Below are positions 11,988 through 24,084 of a DNA stretch of 64,000 nucleotides, piece by piece. Under the pieces are notes generated by a model. The model saw only the letters and a program-made list of their open reading frames with translations, did not search any database and was not told the DNA's origin. Location of the stretch: assembly GCA_051313645.2 (NCBI GenBank), contig JBNRSN020000012.1:28024001-28088000 (forward strand), given 5' to 3'. Made by a program: the position numbers and the translations under genes. Position 1 is the stretch's first letter, and each line of letters opens with the position of its first letter. This DNA comes from Centroscyllium fabricii (Eukaryota).

Positions 11988-12600
11988 CAGGTTGAGCACC
12001 GGTAATCCGTTAACCGGAAAGCCGGCAGCTTCAGTCATCCGGCATAAATTGCCCCGACTGCCCTGTGCATGCGCAAAATGGCCGCCGCGATTGATGCTTC
12101 GGCGGAAGATCTGTGCATGCGTCGCCGAACGGCGAGCGCATGCGCAGATCATTCACAATGGACTCCGCGGGCCGGGCCACCCCGAGCCGGGCCGGGGGTC
12201 TCCGAGCCGATCGCGGGCCGGGCCTCCCCGAGTCTCTCCGAGCCGATCGCGGGCCAGGCTGGGGGTCTCCGAGCCGATCGCGGGCCGGGCCTCCCCGAGT
12301 CTCTCCGAGCCGATCGCGGTCCGGGCCTCCCCGAGTCTCTCCGAGCCGATCGCGGGCCGGGTCTCTCCGAGCTGATCGCGGGCCGGGCCTCCCCGAGTCT
12401 CTCCGAGCCGATCGCGGGCCGGGCCTACACGAGTCGCTCTGAGCCGATCGCGGGCCGGGCCTCCCCGAACGATAAGCGCATGCGCAGACCACTCAAAATG
12501 GCTGCCGGCCTTTCGCGGCGGCCATCTTGAATGGTCTGTGCATGCGCTCGCCGAAGCTTCAATCGTTCGGGATTTTCACTTTCCCGGCACGGGCCTGGTC
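11988..12600. mobile_element. Tc1/mariner (pogo/Tigger-like) MITE, 3'-truncated, with an internal 36-bp tandem array
   Basis: TA|CAGGTTGAGCACCGGTAATCCG start; unit ccgagccgatcgcgggccgggcctccccgagtctct repeated over about 12180-12468. Confidence 0.75.
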
Positions 12601-12689
12601 GTGTTATGCTTGAAGCTCAGTAAAGAACACTGGACATTCCTGACATGCTCCCGACTATAAAAGTTGGACCCTGTAGACAAGCTGCTCCC

Positions 12690-13225
12690 TTGAGTGGTCC
12701 AGTTCCTCCCTGAGGCTCGGCTATTCCAGTGTTCTCTTGCCCGGCCTCCCATCCTCCACCCTCCTAAACCTGAGCTTGCATCCGAACCCGCACCTACCCC
12801 ACTCACCCATCACCCTGACCTGCATTGGCTGCCGGTCCACCAATGCCCCAAATTTAAAACGATCATCTTTATATTCAAATCCCTCCATGGCCTCGCCCCT
12901 CCCTATCTCTGTAACTTCCTCCAGCCCTTCGAGATCTCTGCGTTCCTTCTACTCTGGCCTCTTGTGCGTCCCCCACTGCCCTCACCCCAGCACTGGTGGC
13001 CGTGCCTTGAGTCATCTAGGCCCTAAGCTCTGGAATTCCTTCACTAAACCACCCTCTCCTCCTTTAAGACCCTCCTTAAAACCTAACCCTTTAACCACGC
13101 TTTTAGTCACCTCACCCACTATCTCTGTCTGTGACACGGTGTCAATTGCTGACTGATTACGCTCCTGTGAAGTACCTTGGGGCGTTTTCCTGCGTTAAAG
13201 GTGCTATACAAATGCAAGTTGTTGT
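12690..13225 (+). mobile_element. Degenerate L2 3' fragment
   Basis: DLHWLPV...FKSLHGLAPPYLCN...GPKLWNS remnants and the aaggtgctatacaaatgcaagttgttgttg tail. Confidence 0.7.
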
Positions 13226-13279
13226 TGAACGCAGTCAGGTAAAATGTCCTGATACCTTAAATGCCCCATGCCGCCAAAG

Positions 13280-13470
13280 TATCCACAACCATGCCAACCA
13301 AGTACCAATGTGTACACTATGGTGATTTGTGCAACGTGCAACATGTACAATGCACCAGTGCGCACAATGTGCAAATGTGCGCAATGTGTGCAGCAATGCA
13401 ATGTACCAATTTGTACAATGTACCGGCATGCACAATGCACTATTGTGTGCTATGGAAAACACCATGTGAA
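13280..13470. repeat. Low-complexity tgyacaa(t)-like degenerate repeat
   Basis: Recurrent tgtacaatg / tgcacaatg / gtgcaaatg units. Confidence 0.5.
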
Positions 13471-13497
13471 TGAGGTACACCTCAACTGAACCAAATA

Positions 13498-13915
13498 TAC
13501 ATAGAAACATAGAAAAATAGGAGCAGGAAGTCGGCCATTCGGCCCTTCGAGCCTGCTCCGCCATTCAATATGATCATGGCTGATCCTCTCTGAATACCAT
13601 ATTCCCACTTTCCCCACATACCCCTTGATGCCTTTTGTGTCTAGACATCCTTCCTAAAAAGTGTGGAGTCCAGAATTAAACACAATACTCCAGCTGGGGC
13701 CTAACCAGTAATTTATAAAGGTTTTGCAGAACTTCCTTGCTTATAGAAGATAGGAGCAGGAGTAGGCCATTCGGCCCTTCGAGCCTGCTCTGCCATTCAA
13801 TGAGGTCATGGCCGATCATCCAAACCCAGCACCCCGCCCCTGCCCTCCCCCCACATCCCTCGATCCCTATCGAGCCTGCACCGACACATATCCCACCCTA
13901 TCCCCGTAACCCCAC
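13498..13915 (-). mobile_element. CR1 tail and HE1 V-SINE 3' fragments
   Basis: Two copies of the shared gataggagcaggagtaggccattcggccc tail at about 13500 and 13745. Confidence 0.7.
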
Positions 13916-15474
13916 TGTACTCCAGGCCTCCATATATAAAGCTCGGGTGGATTTCATAATCTATAATCGTCATTGTTGAAACAAACTTTAAATGTCGCTC
14001 TTCTATTAATCTAACTGTTGTCCATCACTGCACAAAGGCAACATATCTTTTACCATGGTTTTCAATAAACCCCCCTCAGAATCATGAGAACCAGTCCCTA
14101 CACGTGTGCACGCTAAATGGCCTCGAATATGTTAGTCAATCTTTGAAAATACAGTTAAAAAGTCAAAAATAAAATGGACTGGAATGTATGGAATAACAAA
14201 AGTTCACAAAGGGTTGGGGCTGACTCTCTGTGCTCTAATGATTTGTGATGCCGTTAGATTAATAAATACGTATTTTTCTTGGTTGTAATTCAAGTCTGGA
14301 GAAAATAACAAAGCTGTCCCTGTGTGTGTGTGTCTCTCTCTCTCTCTAATTCCTGGATTAGAAATTAAAAGCACTGTTTGGAGCAAGGGAAAGATGGCGT
14401 GACGCTATCTCTAAAATACCATTTCTAGCTCGTGGCCGGTCCTAGTTTCTCAGCATAAACGTCAGGAAAGTAAACATTAAATAAAAGCCAAGTTGCTCTT
14501 TGCAAACAGTTTAGAGGGAAATGAGGCTGGCCAATGGGTTCCTGTTGGGGTTTAGTGAAAAGGGTCCCCTGGTCAGCGGTAAGTGATTGAGGCCCTTAGC
14601 TCCCAGCGCTCTGACAGGTGTTGGGTGTCGCGTGACCCATCTTCAGCAGTAGAGGAGTTGACAGTGATGGGAATTGACCACCTGTCTGATACCGCCCCAG
14701 CCCCCAAAGCCCTCCCCCCCACCAAATCCGGCACCGTCGCAAGCAAAGGGACAGTGAGCACGGAAGGGAAAAATAGTTGTCTCTTCACTCCAGCTCCTGA
14801 CAGCTGCAGGCAACTTGTAAACGCTCAGCTCCATTTCTTTCCATGACTGCGGTATCCCTTTTCTTGGGCTTTTTATAGACATCCTTTGAAATCTATTACC
14901 ATGCTCCCGCACACAGAGCACATCCATTCCAAACTGAAACCCACGCGCCTTTGCCACATGAAGCAGCTGTTCACACTGTTCTGCATCTTCATCTTGCTCC
15001 AGTTCAGTCAGCCGCAGTGGGTGGGTGGGTGGGTCGGGTCAGTGAGGTAGACTCATTGACAATATGTTATGTACGATGTGTATGTATGTGTTATCCTCCC
15101 ACCTGTGGTGGCGCTGCTACAGCACTGCTACAGCCATGAGGTTCTTTTACTTTCACTTTCTCTTTTAACTGTTGATTAAACTTAACAGCTTTTTATAACA
15201 CTCTCAAGTTACATAGGGACAGGAGGAGGCCTTTGCAGCGCCCCCAACAAGGAGGTGGAGCGCTTCTAGTAGCACCCCGCCTCCTGCTTGGGATGCTACA
15301 ACTGAATTTTAGGCGCTAATTTTTTCCCCCGAAAGGGGCAAAACCAATTTTTTCCCCCTTGGAGCTTTCAAGTCTGAGATCAATACATTTTTATTAGGTA
15401 AGGGCATCAAGGGATATGGAGGTAAGGTGGGTAAATGATGTATGAGGTACAGATCAGCCATGATCTAATTGAAA

Positions 15475-16570
15475 GACATAGAAACATAGAAGATAAGTGT
15501 AAGCCATTCGGCCCCTCGAGCCTGCTCCACCATTCAAAGAGAACATGGCTGATCATCCAAACTCAATACAGGTTGAGCCGGCATCCGATGGTCCGGCACC
15601 TTCAGTGGTCCAGCACGAATGGAAACCGGCGGTCTTCAGTTTGCAGAGCAGCCGCTCAGCAGCGCCACTATTTCCCGCGAAGGGTGGGCGAGCTCCGAAG
15701 GCGTCAGGCGTTTGGGTTGCTGCTTTTTTAGGTCTTCTAAGTGTTCTATCCCCGGGCTGACTCCCGGGGAGTGTTCTACCCACGTGCTCCAGGCCCCGGG
15801 GTGTGTTCTACCCACGCGCACCCCCCGAACCTTTAGTGGTTTGGAATTTTCAATGGTCCAGCACCGGCCTGGTCCCGAGGGTGCCGGATTACCGGTGCTC
15901 AACCTGTACCCTTTTCCTGCCTTCTCCCCATATCCCTTGATCCCTTCAGTATTTAAGAAATATATCCAACTCATTCTTGAATATATTTTATGAATTGGCC
16001 TCAACTGCCTTCTGTGGTAGATAATTCCACAGGTTCAACACTCTCTGGGTGAAGAGGTTCCTCCTCATCTCTGTCCTAAATGGCTTACCCCTTATCCTTA
16101 GACTGTGACCCCTGGCTCTGGACTCCCCGACCATCGGGAACATCCTTCCTGCATCTAGTCTGTCCAGTCCTTTTAGAATTTTATAAGTTTCAATGAGATC
16201 CCCTCTCATTCTTCTAAACTCCAGCGAGTATAAGCCCAATCGACCCAATCTCTCCTCATATGTCAGTCTGGTGAATCTTCGCTGTACTCCCCCCATGGCC
16301 AGAACATCCTTCCTCAGATAAGGTGACCAAAACTGCACACAATACTCAAGGTGTGGCCTCACCAAGGCCCTGTAGCAAGACATCCTTGTTCCTGTACTCA
16401 AACCCTCTCGCTACGAAGGCCAACATACCATTTACCTTCTTAACCGCCTGTTGCACCTGCATGCTTGCCTTCAGCGACTGGTGCACAAGGACACCCAGGT
16501 CTGGTTGCACTTCCCCTTCTCCCAATCTATTGCCATTCAGATAATAATTTGCCTTCCTGTTTTTGACACC
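15475..16570 (-). mobile_element. CR1 3' fragment nested in an oppositely oriented CR1 tail (15360-16615)
   Basis: LVRPHLEYCVQFWSPYL...RGDLIETYK; the host tail gatcagccatgatctaattgaa resumes at 16571 with aggctcgaggggc. Confidence 0.85.
15569..15906. mobile_element. Tc1/pogo-like MITE, short reference form
   Basis: TA|CAGGTTGAG...CTCAACCTG|TA inserted in a CR1 3'UTR. Confidence 0.85.
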
Positions 16571-16768
16571 AGGCTCGAGGGGCTGAGTGGACTCCTCCTG
16601 TTCCTATGTTCCTATCATCAAGTATTCTGTGATATAATGCTGCGGCTTCACCCTGATTGTTTGGCACGATGCCATCGATGGTGGCAGAGATCACTGCAGC
16701 AATGGAAGGGTTCACTGACCGTAACTGTGCTGCTCTGAGTGGCAGCTCCCTCCACACTCTCAGGTACA

Positions 16769-17385
16769 ACATAATGTGGAGGTGCTGGTGTTGGACTGGG
16801 GTGGACAAATGCAAGAAGTCACACAACACCAGATTATAGTCCAACAGTTTTATTTTAAATCACAAGCTTTCGGAGCTTCTGCCCCTTCGTCAGATGAAAG
16901 AGAGACTGACTTAAAGAACGCACATGTGTGATGAAGAGAGAAATCTGATATCTCCCACATCTCACCTCAGTAGAGCTAGACACACAAAGGCTTATTAACA
17001 TATTTTAAGTGTTAACATAGCATATATAGAGAGAGATAACAATGTGGTCTCTCCAGTTGTTTCACATCACACCTCAGCTGAGGGACATCAAAGCAGTCAA
17101 AGGTTTTCCAACATATCAAAGGTTGCAGTCACAAAGGGTCAAATGTTAGTCTGCTTTAAATCCCACATCATGATTTTTTAAAAACCAGGATTTTTCTTAC
17201 TTAAAATCGCAGAACAAGCCAAAGATGGTTCGAGTCTGGATGACTCTACGTCAGGCGGGGTCACATGTAGCGTGACATAAACCCAATATCACGGTTGAGG
17301 CCGTGCTCATGGGTGCGGAACTTGGCTATCAGCCTCTGCTCGACGATTTTGCGTTGTCGTGTATCTCGAAGGCCACCCTGGAGAA
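16769..17385 (-). mobile_element. Penelope-like element 3' end
   Basis: LQGGLRDTRQRKIVEQRLIAKFRTHEHGLNRD (C-terminus of the PLE GIY-YIG region) followed by a UTR with a ctgacgaaggggcagaagctccgaaagcttgtga hammerhead-like core. Confidence 0.8.
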
Positions 17386-18524
17386 CAGGTAGAACAGGCC
17401 AAGTGAGATAGGCCGATACTCTACCGGGCCTGCTCAAGATAGAGGTGCACGTTATGTGCAGTAGTGCTCTTGAATACTCTTTTGTGAACAGCATCACACG
17501 TGTAATGGACAACCAGCTGTAATAAAGAAAGAACCGCCCTCTCCCCTCATCAATCCCCACAAGCTGACACATTCTATACATTTAAAAATAATTGATAGCA
17601 AGGAGTAAATTCATGTCTGCTTTAGTGTCACTGTTGAGTGTTTATTGAATACCACCCTTCATTCACGCTCAGAGGATGTGAGCTTGCCCTGTCCCCAGTC
17701 TTGAAACACCCACCCAGATATCCCATAATCTTTCATTTATCCATCCTTTTCAGTTTGTGCAAATGCAAGTTTGGAAATGCAGTAGGACCCAAGGCCACAA
17801 ACTAATTCCAGACCCTGGCTCGTTCCCGCCCCTCTGTGCAAATGTGGGCCTCAAGTCAGATGGGGGCCCGTGTACAGTGCTGGCTTCCCCCGAGGGGACA
17901 GGCTGCTGACTCTCCCCCCCCCCCTTACACATTCTCGCCAAGTTCAGAGTTGCAATTTGGCAGCTGTGGAACACCTGTTGAGGGGAACGCGCCTCGGCCT
18001 GCTGATGCTTGGAGCGGGGGGCGACCGGCGTGTGGTGCAGACCCAGTTGCTACGGCGAACGGGCCTTTTTCTCTCTCTCTCCACATAGAAAGGAGATGAT
18101 ACCTTCCTTGGTGGCGGGTTGGGGTGATTTGAAACGAGATGAAACCAAACAACCTCTTTGACGCATTGCTGGATAAAGTTTGAGGTATTGATAGTGAAAC
18201 ATTGCAAACAAATATCAATGGCTTTTCCATTGTGTAGGCCTCTAGAGAATTCCTTTGGACCACTTGAGTCACATTGTTAAAATAGGTGCTGATTTGTTGT
18301 GTCAACAGGTGCCAACTCTTTGGTTACATACCACAAGCAGTCCTGTTAAAATATCCCTTTAACTTGACCCATATACTTTGTGGAACATGATACTTTTATA
18401 CTTCAGTGCCATTGGCTTCAATTCTTTCTCTGTGATCTGGGTCAGTCCGACCAGATGGCACATTACAGTGGTTTTAAAAATATCATATTTGAAAGTTGTC
18501 CGGTGCCCCATCCTCTGCTCGTCA

Positions 18525-18840
18525 ATGCGAAGGGCATTAATTGGGTAGATAAGGAGAAATTGTTCCCACTGGCAGAAAAGTTGATAACCAGAGGACACGG
18601 ATTTAAGAACCGTGGGGGAGATGAGAACCTTTTTTTTTACACAGTGAGTTGTTATGATCGGGAATGCACTGCCTGAAGAAGATTCAATGATAACTTTAAA
18701 AAGGCAACTGGATATATACTTGAAAAGGAAAAAAATTGAAGGGCTATGGGGAAAGAGCGGGTGGAGTGGGACTAAATTGGATCAGTGCCGACATAGGCAT
18801 GATGGGCCGAATGGCCGCCTTCTGTGCTGTAATATTCTAT
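18525..18840 (+). mobile_element. Degenerate CR1 3' fragment
   Basis: VDKEKLFPLAE...TRGHGFK and a CR1-type 3'UTR. Confidence 0.7.
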
Positions 18841-19464
18841 GGGGAGAAAATTGGGTTGCCTGCGCCAGCCAAGGGCTGCTAATGGGACGCAAGGCACCTA
18901 GCGCCTGGGCTGGCGCCTCCCGTTATATTCAGTTGCGCCCCTTGACATAGAGCCGGACGCTGTCACCGACAAGGTCAGGGAGACGCAGATGCAGCCGGGG
19001 CAGCGCTATTTAAAGGGAGGGGTGCCGGGCGGCCATTTTTCTCACTGGCCGACTGCCAGCAGCTGCCCCCTCTGCTGTCCCCGGCCTTCCCCGATGCCCC
19101 CCGCTCGCGGAGTGCTGGCTGTGCTCCGTGAGCCCGGCACTTCCCTCGAGTGCCGGGCTCCTTTGGCGGCACTCCGGCGGTCCAGCGAGGCTCTGGGCCG
19201 CGCCGCGCTAGGCCACTCCCCTTTAAGCAGGGGAGGGAGGCCTGCAGTACCGCGGCGTGGCGTGCTGCAGAGCGTGGCGCAGCGACCCACAGCGGCCGAA
19301 ATTGAGTTGTTGCACCCAAGGAACGAGGTGGGGCGCTTGCAGTAGCACCCCACCTCCTACTTGGGGTGCTAAAGCCCAATTGCAGGCGGAACGGCGCTAA
19401 CGTTTTCGGGGTGCTAAAAGTAGCGCTCCCCCGAGGTTGGCGCCCCAAACCCAACCTTTCCCCC
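18841..19464. mobile_element. PIF/Harbinger-like MITE (family A), inverted relative to 1439-2145
   Basis: TIRs ggggagaaaattggg / cccaacctttccccc; interior is the reverse complement of the 1439 copy. Confidence 0.8.
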
Positions 19465-19562
19465 ATAGATTCATGCTGCTTCACAGTTGATCGCTGGGAC
19501 TTGCATGAGAGTGGCTCAGGGTGACGGCCTCTCTTGATTCGAACTCCCGCCTTCCAACTTCC

Positions 19563-19845
19563 CTGTATTTCCTAAGGAAGCTGAAAAAGGCCAGGCTGAC
19601 ATCCGGCATCCTCACCAACTTCTACTGCTGCACAATCGAAAGCATACTCACAAGCTGCATCACAGTCTGGTATGGAAACTGCACCATCTCGGACCGGAAG
19701 GCCCTGCAGCGGGTGGTCAAAACTGCCCAACGAATCACCGGTACCCAGCTACCATCAATTGAATGCACCTACCTCAAACGCTGCCTACGGAGGTCTCTGA
19801 ACATTATTAAAGACCCCACACACTCCAGCCACAGTCTGTTCGCCC
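19563..19845 (+). mobile_element. Rex1/Babar internal fragment
   Basis: LYFLRKLKKARL...TIESILTSCITVWYGN..., nearly identical to the 4086-4793 ORF. Confidence 0.85.
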
Positions 19846-19969
19846 CCGTTGTGGAGGAACCCATCGCCACACTTGTGAATTTCTTGGCAGTTTAGTATAG
19901 AGATTCCTATCAGTAGTTTTTGCTTGCTTGAGATCGAGTCCACAGTTTTCCCATTGAGACGCACTCCAC

Positions 19970-20710
19970 GGGGGGGTTTTGCCGGAAGTGCGGGAACCTG
20001 GTGGGGATTGGTCGGGGCGGGTTCCTGTCCTGCCTGACCAAAGACCTGGGAACCCCACACAATTTTCATTTAATGGAGTTGTTAAATCCCCGCCTGCGGC
20101 AGCCGGTGGTAATTGAATCAATCGAGTCGGTGCTGCATCGGGCTCGAGCAGTTTGATTGACAGTTCCAGCACTGGTTGTTGACAGTTCCCATGGAAACAC
20201 TCCACTGTGGCATCACAGTCGAGTGGAACCAATGGGAAAGGTCAAGTGCTGGTGACTGACAGGTGGGCAGGTGGGCTCCGAATCCTTGACAGCTCGGCAC
20301 CGGCTGTCAGGAAATGTGCAAAGCTGAGATTTCTCAGTTTTTGCCCACAGCTGGTGCACCCACCACGGAATGACTTACTCCTCTAAGGTGCTGGAGGAGG
20401 CATGCCAAGCATTATGCAGCATGTCCTTCACACCTTGAAGGAGAAAGTAATGACCAGCGCTGTGCTCTCACTGGGTTTCACCCAGTGAGGTTTAAGGTGA
20501 TGGAGAATGGGTGGGAAATGGCTAAAAATTCCTAAGGGCCCTTAAAATGGCAGTACAGATGCCAATTAAGGGCCCTTAAGGATCTTAACAACCATCCCCG
20601 CCGGCCGCCGGTGGGAAAGATTCGAGGCAGGGAAATAGGCCATCCGAAAATGAAAAACAGGCGGGGATCCGGCGGGCTGGGGCGGGACATGAAAATTCCG
20701 CCCCCCCCCC
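19970..20710. mobile_element. Harbinger-like MITE (family C)
   Basis: gggggttttgcc ... gaaattccgccccc termini; related copies at 24600-25410, 26174-26976, 40159-40997 and one starting at 63971. Confidence 0.7.
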
Positions 20711-22116
20711 ACTTGTCTAAGCCCTGAAAAGTCAGGTATAGGCTGATTACCATGGACCATCAAGTATGTGCATGGGTACTGCTGGAGTTTAATTGGCTAA
20801 AACCATGCACCTTACGAGCACAGAGCAATGGTACGCCTCCCACTGCTCATCCAGCTAGGACTATCCTACCTGTTTGGAGCAAAGTGGAAGAATTGGAGGC
20901 CCGAGTGAGGCTTTAAGTGTCTTGTTTTGCATACTTTTTACAAAACTAATACATTTTAGGACAACAGAGTATTATAAACTAACTCTTTATTCAGCAGAAG
21001 GTCTAATGGTCTCTTCACTGCCTCTCCATGTGCAGACTCTAAGTAAAAACTAAAATGGAGGCAGGACCCAAAGGTTTCTGGAACTTTCCCAGCAGTAGCT
21101 GCCCTTGCAGAATTCCTGCTGACTAATAACCAATCACAATTCAGTATGCAAATATTACATTAAGTAAGTGTTAGAACAGTTAGCAGGGAGCGTGCGCATT
21201 TTGCTCTGTCTGAATTAGGGAACTGCATGATTGACTGACTTCCTCTGCTCAATTGGAAGCTCAGCCACTTTGTCCGTAGTTTGACATTGAGGATCCCTCC
21301 CGCTGTGCAGTTGGAGCTGGTTTGTTTTTGTGTCAATCTCTGTACGATTTAATGTTATGAGTCAGCCAATGTGGGCAGCAGTTAATGTCCAGTGACTCAC
21401 TGCTTCCCGCTCGCCCTATCACTGGGACACCTTTGATGTGTGTGTATGGGAGTTGTGGTTTGTGTGTGCACTGGGGATATTAGTATGGGCAGAGTTGGGG
21501 GAGGACGGGTGGAGCGAAAGAGAAGTTAGGGATAAAGTTTAGGAATACATTGCAAACCTTCCTCTTTGCAGCAGACTCCATGACAAAAGGCAATAGGCAG
21601 CCTGCGTAAGCACACATAAAAAACAATTTTTTTGGACCGCATAAATTTTGGACAGGTGTTGGAGTTGGGAATGAGATTGGCTCGACGATTATGAGGGATC
21701 ACATGGCGGAGGACGCTACTGGGGTTAGACAAATCACAGGGCAGATCTCTTGTGCTCAGGCTTCAGCGCTCGCCTTTGATGGGATCTGAGGTTGAACAGA
21801 TTTATCCAGCTTGACATTTGATGCAGCACAAGCTGGCTCGTTTAGCAGATTTTTAAATGTTCTTCCATTCTGTCCAAAACAAAGTGTGACCTAACAGAAA
21901 CTGCGAGTAAGGGGACAAAATAGAACCCGAGCCATGTTAACTGTTTAAGTGCTGGATTTTAACAGGACCTTTTAGCAATAAAATCTGTTGCCCTCCACTT
22001 TCCTTTTTTATTTAATTGTCCCACTTAGGTCCCCTTGCAGGTGCTTGTCTCGAGATGTCTTTCTTTCTCCCTACAGCTGTGGAAAGCCAGGACGATTGCC
22101 TGGGCATGTTGCTCCC

Positions 22117-23545
22117 CACCTGGGCAGGACACTTTTCACCTGGGCAGGGCCTTCTTCTCCTGGACAGGATGTTTTTCACCTGGGCAAGGTCCCCTTTCAC
22201 CTGGGTAAGGTCCCCCTTCACCTGGGCAAGGACGCTCTTCAGCTGGGCAGGGTGATCTTCACCTGGGCAAGGTCCCTCTTCACCTGGGCAAGGACGCGCT
22301 TCACCTGGGCAGGGTGATCTTCACCTGGGCAAGGACGCTCTTCACCTGGGCAAGGTCCCTCTCCACCTGGGCAAGGGCGCTCTTCACCTGGGCAAGGGCC
22401 CCCTTCACCTGGGCAAGGGCCCCCTTCACCTGGGTAAGGGCCCCCTTCACCTGGGCAAGGACGCTCTTCACCTGGGCAGGGCCCTCTTCTCCTGGACAGG
22501 ATCCTTTTCACCTGGGCAAGAGCACTTTTCACCTGGGCGAGGGTGCTCTTCACCTGGGCAAGGGCGCATTTCACCTGGGCGAGGGCGCTCTTCCTCTGGG
22601 CACGGGCGCTCTTCCCCTGGGCAAAGGTGCTCTTCACCTGGGCACAGGTGCTCTTCACCTGGGCAAGGATGCTCTTCACCTGGGCAAGAACGCTCTTCAC
22701 CTGGGCAAGGACACTCTTCAGATGGGCAAGGCGCTCTTCACCTGGGAAAGGGCACTCTTCACCTGGGCAAGGATGCTCTTCACCTGGGCAGGGACGCTCT
22801 TCACTTGGACAAGGACGCTCTTCACCTGGGCAAGGACACTCTTCACCTGGGCAAGGATGCTCTTCACCTGGGCACAGGTGCTCTTCACCTGGGCAAGGAC
22901 GCTCTTCACCTGGGCAAGGACGCTCTTCACCTGGGCAAGGGCCCTCTTCACCTGGGCAAGGACTCTCTTCACCTGGGCAAGGGCACTCTTCACCTGGGCA
23001 AGGATGCTCTTCACCTGGGCAAGGGCCCTCTTCACCTAGGCAAGGACTCTCTTCACCTGGGCAAGGACGCTCTTCACTTGGACAAGGATGCTCTTCACCT
23101 GGGCAAGGATGCTCTTCACTTGGACAAGGATGCTCTTCACCTGGGCAAGGACACTCTTCACCTGGGCAAGGACACTCTTCACCTGGGCAAGGGCCCCCTT
23201 CACCTGGGCGAGGGCGTTCTTCACCTGGGCAAGGATGCTCTTCACTTGGACAAGGACGCTCTTCAGCTGGGCAAGGATGCTCTTCACCTGGGCAGGGCGT
23301 TCTTCACCTGGGCAAGGACACTCTTCACCTGGGCGAGGACGCTCTTCACCTGGGCGAGGGCGCTCTACACCTGGGCGAGGATGCACTTCACCTGGGCAAG
23401 GGTGCTCTCCACCTGGGCAGGGACGCTCTTCACCTGGGCAAGGACCCTCTTCACCTGGGCAAGGGCCCTCTTTACTTGGGCAAGGACGCTCTTCACCTGG
23501 GCAAAGGTGCTCTTCACTTGGGCAGGGACCCTCTTCACCTGGGTA
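22117..23545. repeat. 21-bp minisatellite, about 1.4 kb
   Basis: Unit gctcttcacctgggcaaggac with a conserved core and a variable 4-6-nt segment; occasional 20-nt units. Confidence 0.95.
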
Positions 23546-23860
23546 AACATAGAAACATAGAAGATAGGAGCAGGAGTCGGCCATTCGTCCCTTCGAGCCT
23601 GCTCCGCCATTCAATAAGATCATGGCTGATCATCCAAACCCAGTACCCTGTCCCCATATCCCTCGATCCCTATCGAGCCTGCACCGACACATATCCCACC
23701 CTATTCCCGCAACCCCACACATTCAATCGCCCTAACACTAAGGGTCAATTTATCCTGGCCAATCAACCTAACCCGCACATCTTTGGACTGTGGGAGGAAA
23801 CCGGAGCACCCGGAGGAAACCCACGCAGACACGGGGAGAATGTGCAAACTCCACACAGAC
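23546..23860 (-). mobile_element. 5'-truncated HE1 V-SINE
   Basis: V-domain and CR1-type tail on the minus strand. Confidence 0.85.
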
Positions 23861-24084
23861 AACTTCAATAGAGTTTCTAATGTTTTTATGAGTTGTAACA
23901 TGGCTGACTGGAGAGGATGGTGTGAGCAGTTTCACCTAGTTACAAAGAAACAGAAACAGAAAATACTGGAAGCTCTCAGCAAGTCGCTCAGCATCTGCGG
24001 AGAAAACCCATGAGTTAAGGTGCAGATCCTTAGTCAGAACACATTTTCTGTTTTTGTTTCAGATTTCCTACCTATGCAGTATTT

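Noticed and set aside
14583-14846. Possible exon (SSAVEELTVMGID...)
   Set aside because: No recognisable homology to TAZ or another family, and no convincing splice-site pair.
22117-23545. CRISPR-like array or long repeat-protein genes (ORFs up to 442 aa)
   Set aside because: The variable part is only 4-6 nt with no unique spacers, the context is eukaryotic, and the ORFs arise from a stop-poor 21-bp unit with frame-breaking 20-nt units.
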